Both the position numbers and the translations under genes were made by a program. From NCBI GenBank assembly GCA_963803435.1, contig CAWDML010000001.1:2112001-2176000 (forward strand): DNA of 64,000 bases, given 5' to 3'. The stretch is from an uncultured delta proteobacterium (GTDB lineage: Bacteria; Myxococcota; Kuafuiibacteriia; Kuafuiibacteriales; Kuafuiibacteriaceae). Under the pieces are notes generated by a model. The model ran no database searches and was not told the DNA's origin. It saw only the letters and a program-made list of their open reading frames with translations. This document shows, piece by piece, positions 62,125 to 64,000 of the stretch. Within the stretch, counting starts at the first letter, position 1. Each line of letters opens with the position of its first letter.

Positions 62125-64000
62125 ATGCCCGTCGTTGGGCGGATCCTCGATCGTCTACGAGAGCGAAACCGTATCGCCATCCCCGGCGTCACGGGATCGC
62201 TGCGGGCCGAGCTCGCCGCCGAGCTGATCACCAAGAAGAAGGTTCCCGTCGTGATCGGACGGGACCAGGCCGACGCCGAGGCGCTGCACCGCGATCTCGC
62301 GTTCATGCTGGGCACCACCGACGAGGAGGCGTCCGACGCCGGGCTCCTCTTCTTCGGCGCCGACGAGAAGTCGCCCTACGAAGAGTATTCGCCCGACGGG
62401 CGCGCGGTCATGGAGCGGATCAACACGCTCTACCGGCTGATCAAGGAGCCGAAGTCCGTGCGCGCGCTGATCGTGACACCGCAGGCCCTGCTGCGAAAGC
62501 ATGTGCCCCCGAGCTACTTCGATCGCACCGGCGATTACCTGGTGGCCGAGGAGGAGATCGACCGGGAGTCGCTCCTCCGGAAGCTGGTCAGCTCGGGCTA
62601 CAACTCCGTCAACATCGTCGAGGACCCCGGCACGTTCTCCGTCCGCGGCGGCATCATCGACATCTACTCGCCGCACCAGAGCAAGCCGTTCCGCCTGGAT
62701 CTCTTCGGCGACACCATCGACTCGATCCGGCGCTTCGATCCGGCCACGCAGCGCACCGAGGCGAAGATCTCGGACGCCGTGATCCTGCCGGCCCGCGAGA
62801 TCACGTTCGACGCCGAGACGATCGCGCGCGCCACCAAGGCCATCACCGCCCGCGCCGAGGAGATCATCGTCCCCACGCGCAAGGTCAACGCGGCGATCGA
62901 GGACATCGAGAACGAGCTCCACTTCTTCGGGATCGAGTCGCTGCTCCCGCTCTTCCACGAGGGCGGGCTGGTCCCCGCGGACGCCTACCTGCCGAGCGGC
63001 GAGCGAGCCATCTACCTGGCTGACGAAGCGAGCCTCGAGACCGAGCTCGACGACCTGGTTCGCGAGACAGAGAACGGCTTCGAGCTGGCGCTGGCGGCGC
63101 ACCAGATCGCGCTCCCGCCCGACGCCCACACCGCCGGCACCGCCGACACCGCCGCGCTCGTGCGCCGGATCTTCGAGCAGGCGCAGGTGATCGAGACGCC
63201 CGAGATCGGCCTCGCCGGCGCAGCCACCGTGCCGCTCGAGTGGGGCGAGACCGACGGCATTCGGGCCGAGATCCTCCGCGCCACCAGCGCGCGCACCGCC
63301 AGCCCGGATCTGCTGGCGCCGCTGGTCGAGCGACTCAAGCAGTGGCGCGCCGACCTCTACACCACGGTGATCGTGAGCAGCACACGCGGGCAGGCGGAGC
63401 GGCTCAAGGCGATGCTCGATCCGCGCGGGGTGAACGTCCGGCTGCTGGCGAGGCCTTTCTCGCTGGCCCAGCTCTTCGAGGAGAAGTCGGCGCTCCGCGA
63501 GCGGAGCGTCCACGCGTATCTGGCGCTGGGCGAGATCTCGGGCGGCTTCGTGCTCCCCGAATCCCACCTCGCGATCGTCTCGGAGGAGGAGATCTTCGGC
63601 CAGCGGACCAAGCGCCGCCGCCGCCGCACGCCCGCCGCCGGTCAGTTCGTCTCCGACCTCAAGGATCTCCAGCCGAACGACTTCGTGGTGCACGTCGACT
63701 TCGGGGTCGGGAAGTACCACGGTCTCAAGCGACTGGCGGTCAACGGAGTCGAGTCCGACTACCTGCACATCGAGTACAAGGGGAACGACAAGCTCTACCT
63801 CCCCGTCCACCGGCTGAAGCTGGTGTCGAAGTACATGAGCGCAGGCGAGGGTCCTGCGCCGCCGCTCGACAAGCTGGGCGCCACCACCTGGTCGACGACC
63901 AAGAAGAAGGTCAAGGACACGCTGCTCAAGATGGCGGCCGAGCTCCTGCGACTGCAGGCGGTCCGGACCTCGCTGGACGGCTTCGCGCTGAAACCGCCCG
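62125..64000 (+). CDS. mfd: Transcription-repair coupling factor, 3' end runs off the window
   Basis: Manual translation from ATG 62125: EDPGTFSVRGGIIDIYSP, RLDLFGDTIDSIRRFDPATQR, FVVHVDFGVGKY, LYLPVHRLKLVSKY, LDKLG..TW...KKKVK. Confidence 0.93.
   Translation, partial: MPVVGRILDRLRERNRIAIPGVTGSLRAELAAELITKKKVPVVIGRDQADAEALHRDLAFMLGTTDEEASDAGLLFFGADEKSPYEEYSPDGRAVMERINTLYRLIKEPKSVRALIVTPQALLRKHVPPSYFDRTGDYLVAEEEIDRESLLRKLVSSGYNSVNIVEDPGTFSVRGGIIDIYSPHQSKPFRLDLFGDTIDSIRRFDPATQRTEAKISDAVILPAREITFDAETIARATKAITARAEEIIVPTRKVNAAIEDIENELHFFGIESLLPLFHEGGLVPADAYLPSGERAIYLADEASLETELDDLVRETENGFELALAAHQIALPPDAHTAGTADTAALVRRIFEQAQVIETPEIGLAGAATVPLEWGETDGIRAEILRATSARTASPDLLAPLVERLKQWRADLYTTVIVSSTRGQAERLKAMLDPRGVNVRLLARPFSLAQLFEEKSALRERSVHAYLALGEISGGFVLPESHLAIVSEEEIFGQRTKRRRRRTPAAGQFVSDLKDLQPNDFVVHVDFGVGKYHGLKRLAVNGVESDYLHIEYKGNDKLYLPVHRLKLVSKYMSAGEGPAPPLDKLGATTWSTTKKKVKDTLLKMAAELLRLQAVRTSLDGFALKPP

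Overview
High-GC (about 70% by eye) bacterial chromosomal window, most likely from a Myxococcota/deltaproteobacterial genome (MYXO-CTERM-tailed metalloprotease, six Hanks-type Ser/Thr kinases, AgmX-like C-terminal domain). It is mostly housekeeping and envelope genes: fabF, a FadF-like Fe-S oxidoreductase, lptFG, a solitary atpG, sthA, mpl, hisA-hisF-hisIE, rpsU-dnaG-rpoD, dapD, ampG, partial mfd, and glycosyltransferases. About ten genes carry single frameshifts, probably assembly indels. No rRNA, tRNA or CRISPR array is visible. The most unusual signals are small structured DNA elements. (1) A CTAG-flanked cassette at 34816-35821 has arms made of a GTAG+hairpin REP-like motif plus an inverted hexamer array, enclosing a four-helix-bundle gene and an internally deleted IS1182 relic; a gene-less element of similar design lies at 27151-27410. 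(2) A 68-72 bp hairpin element sits in frame inside two unrelated proteins in opposite orientations, tandemly amplified about 5x in a kinase, with a compensatory base-pair change between copies. (3) A TA-ended MITE-like element lies at 21618-21823. Unusual proteins include a DcrB-coupled annexin-repeat/DJ-1 fusion, a sigma70 with a ~300-aa Lys/Glu-rich N-terminal extension, and an orphan ATP synthase gamma subunit with a ~40-aa insert.
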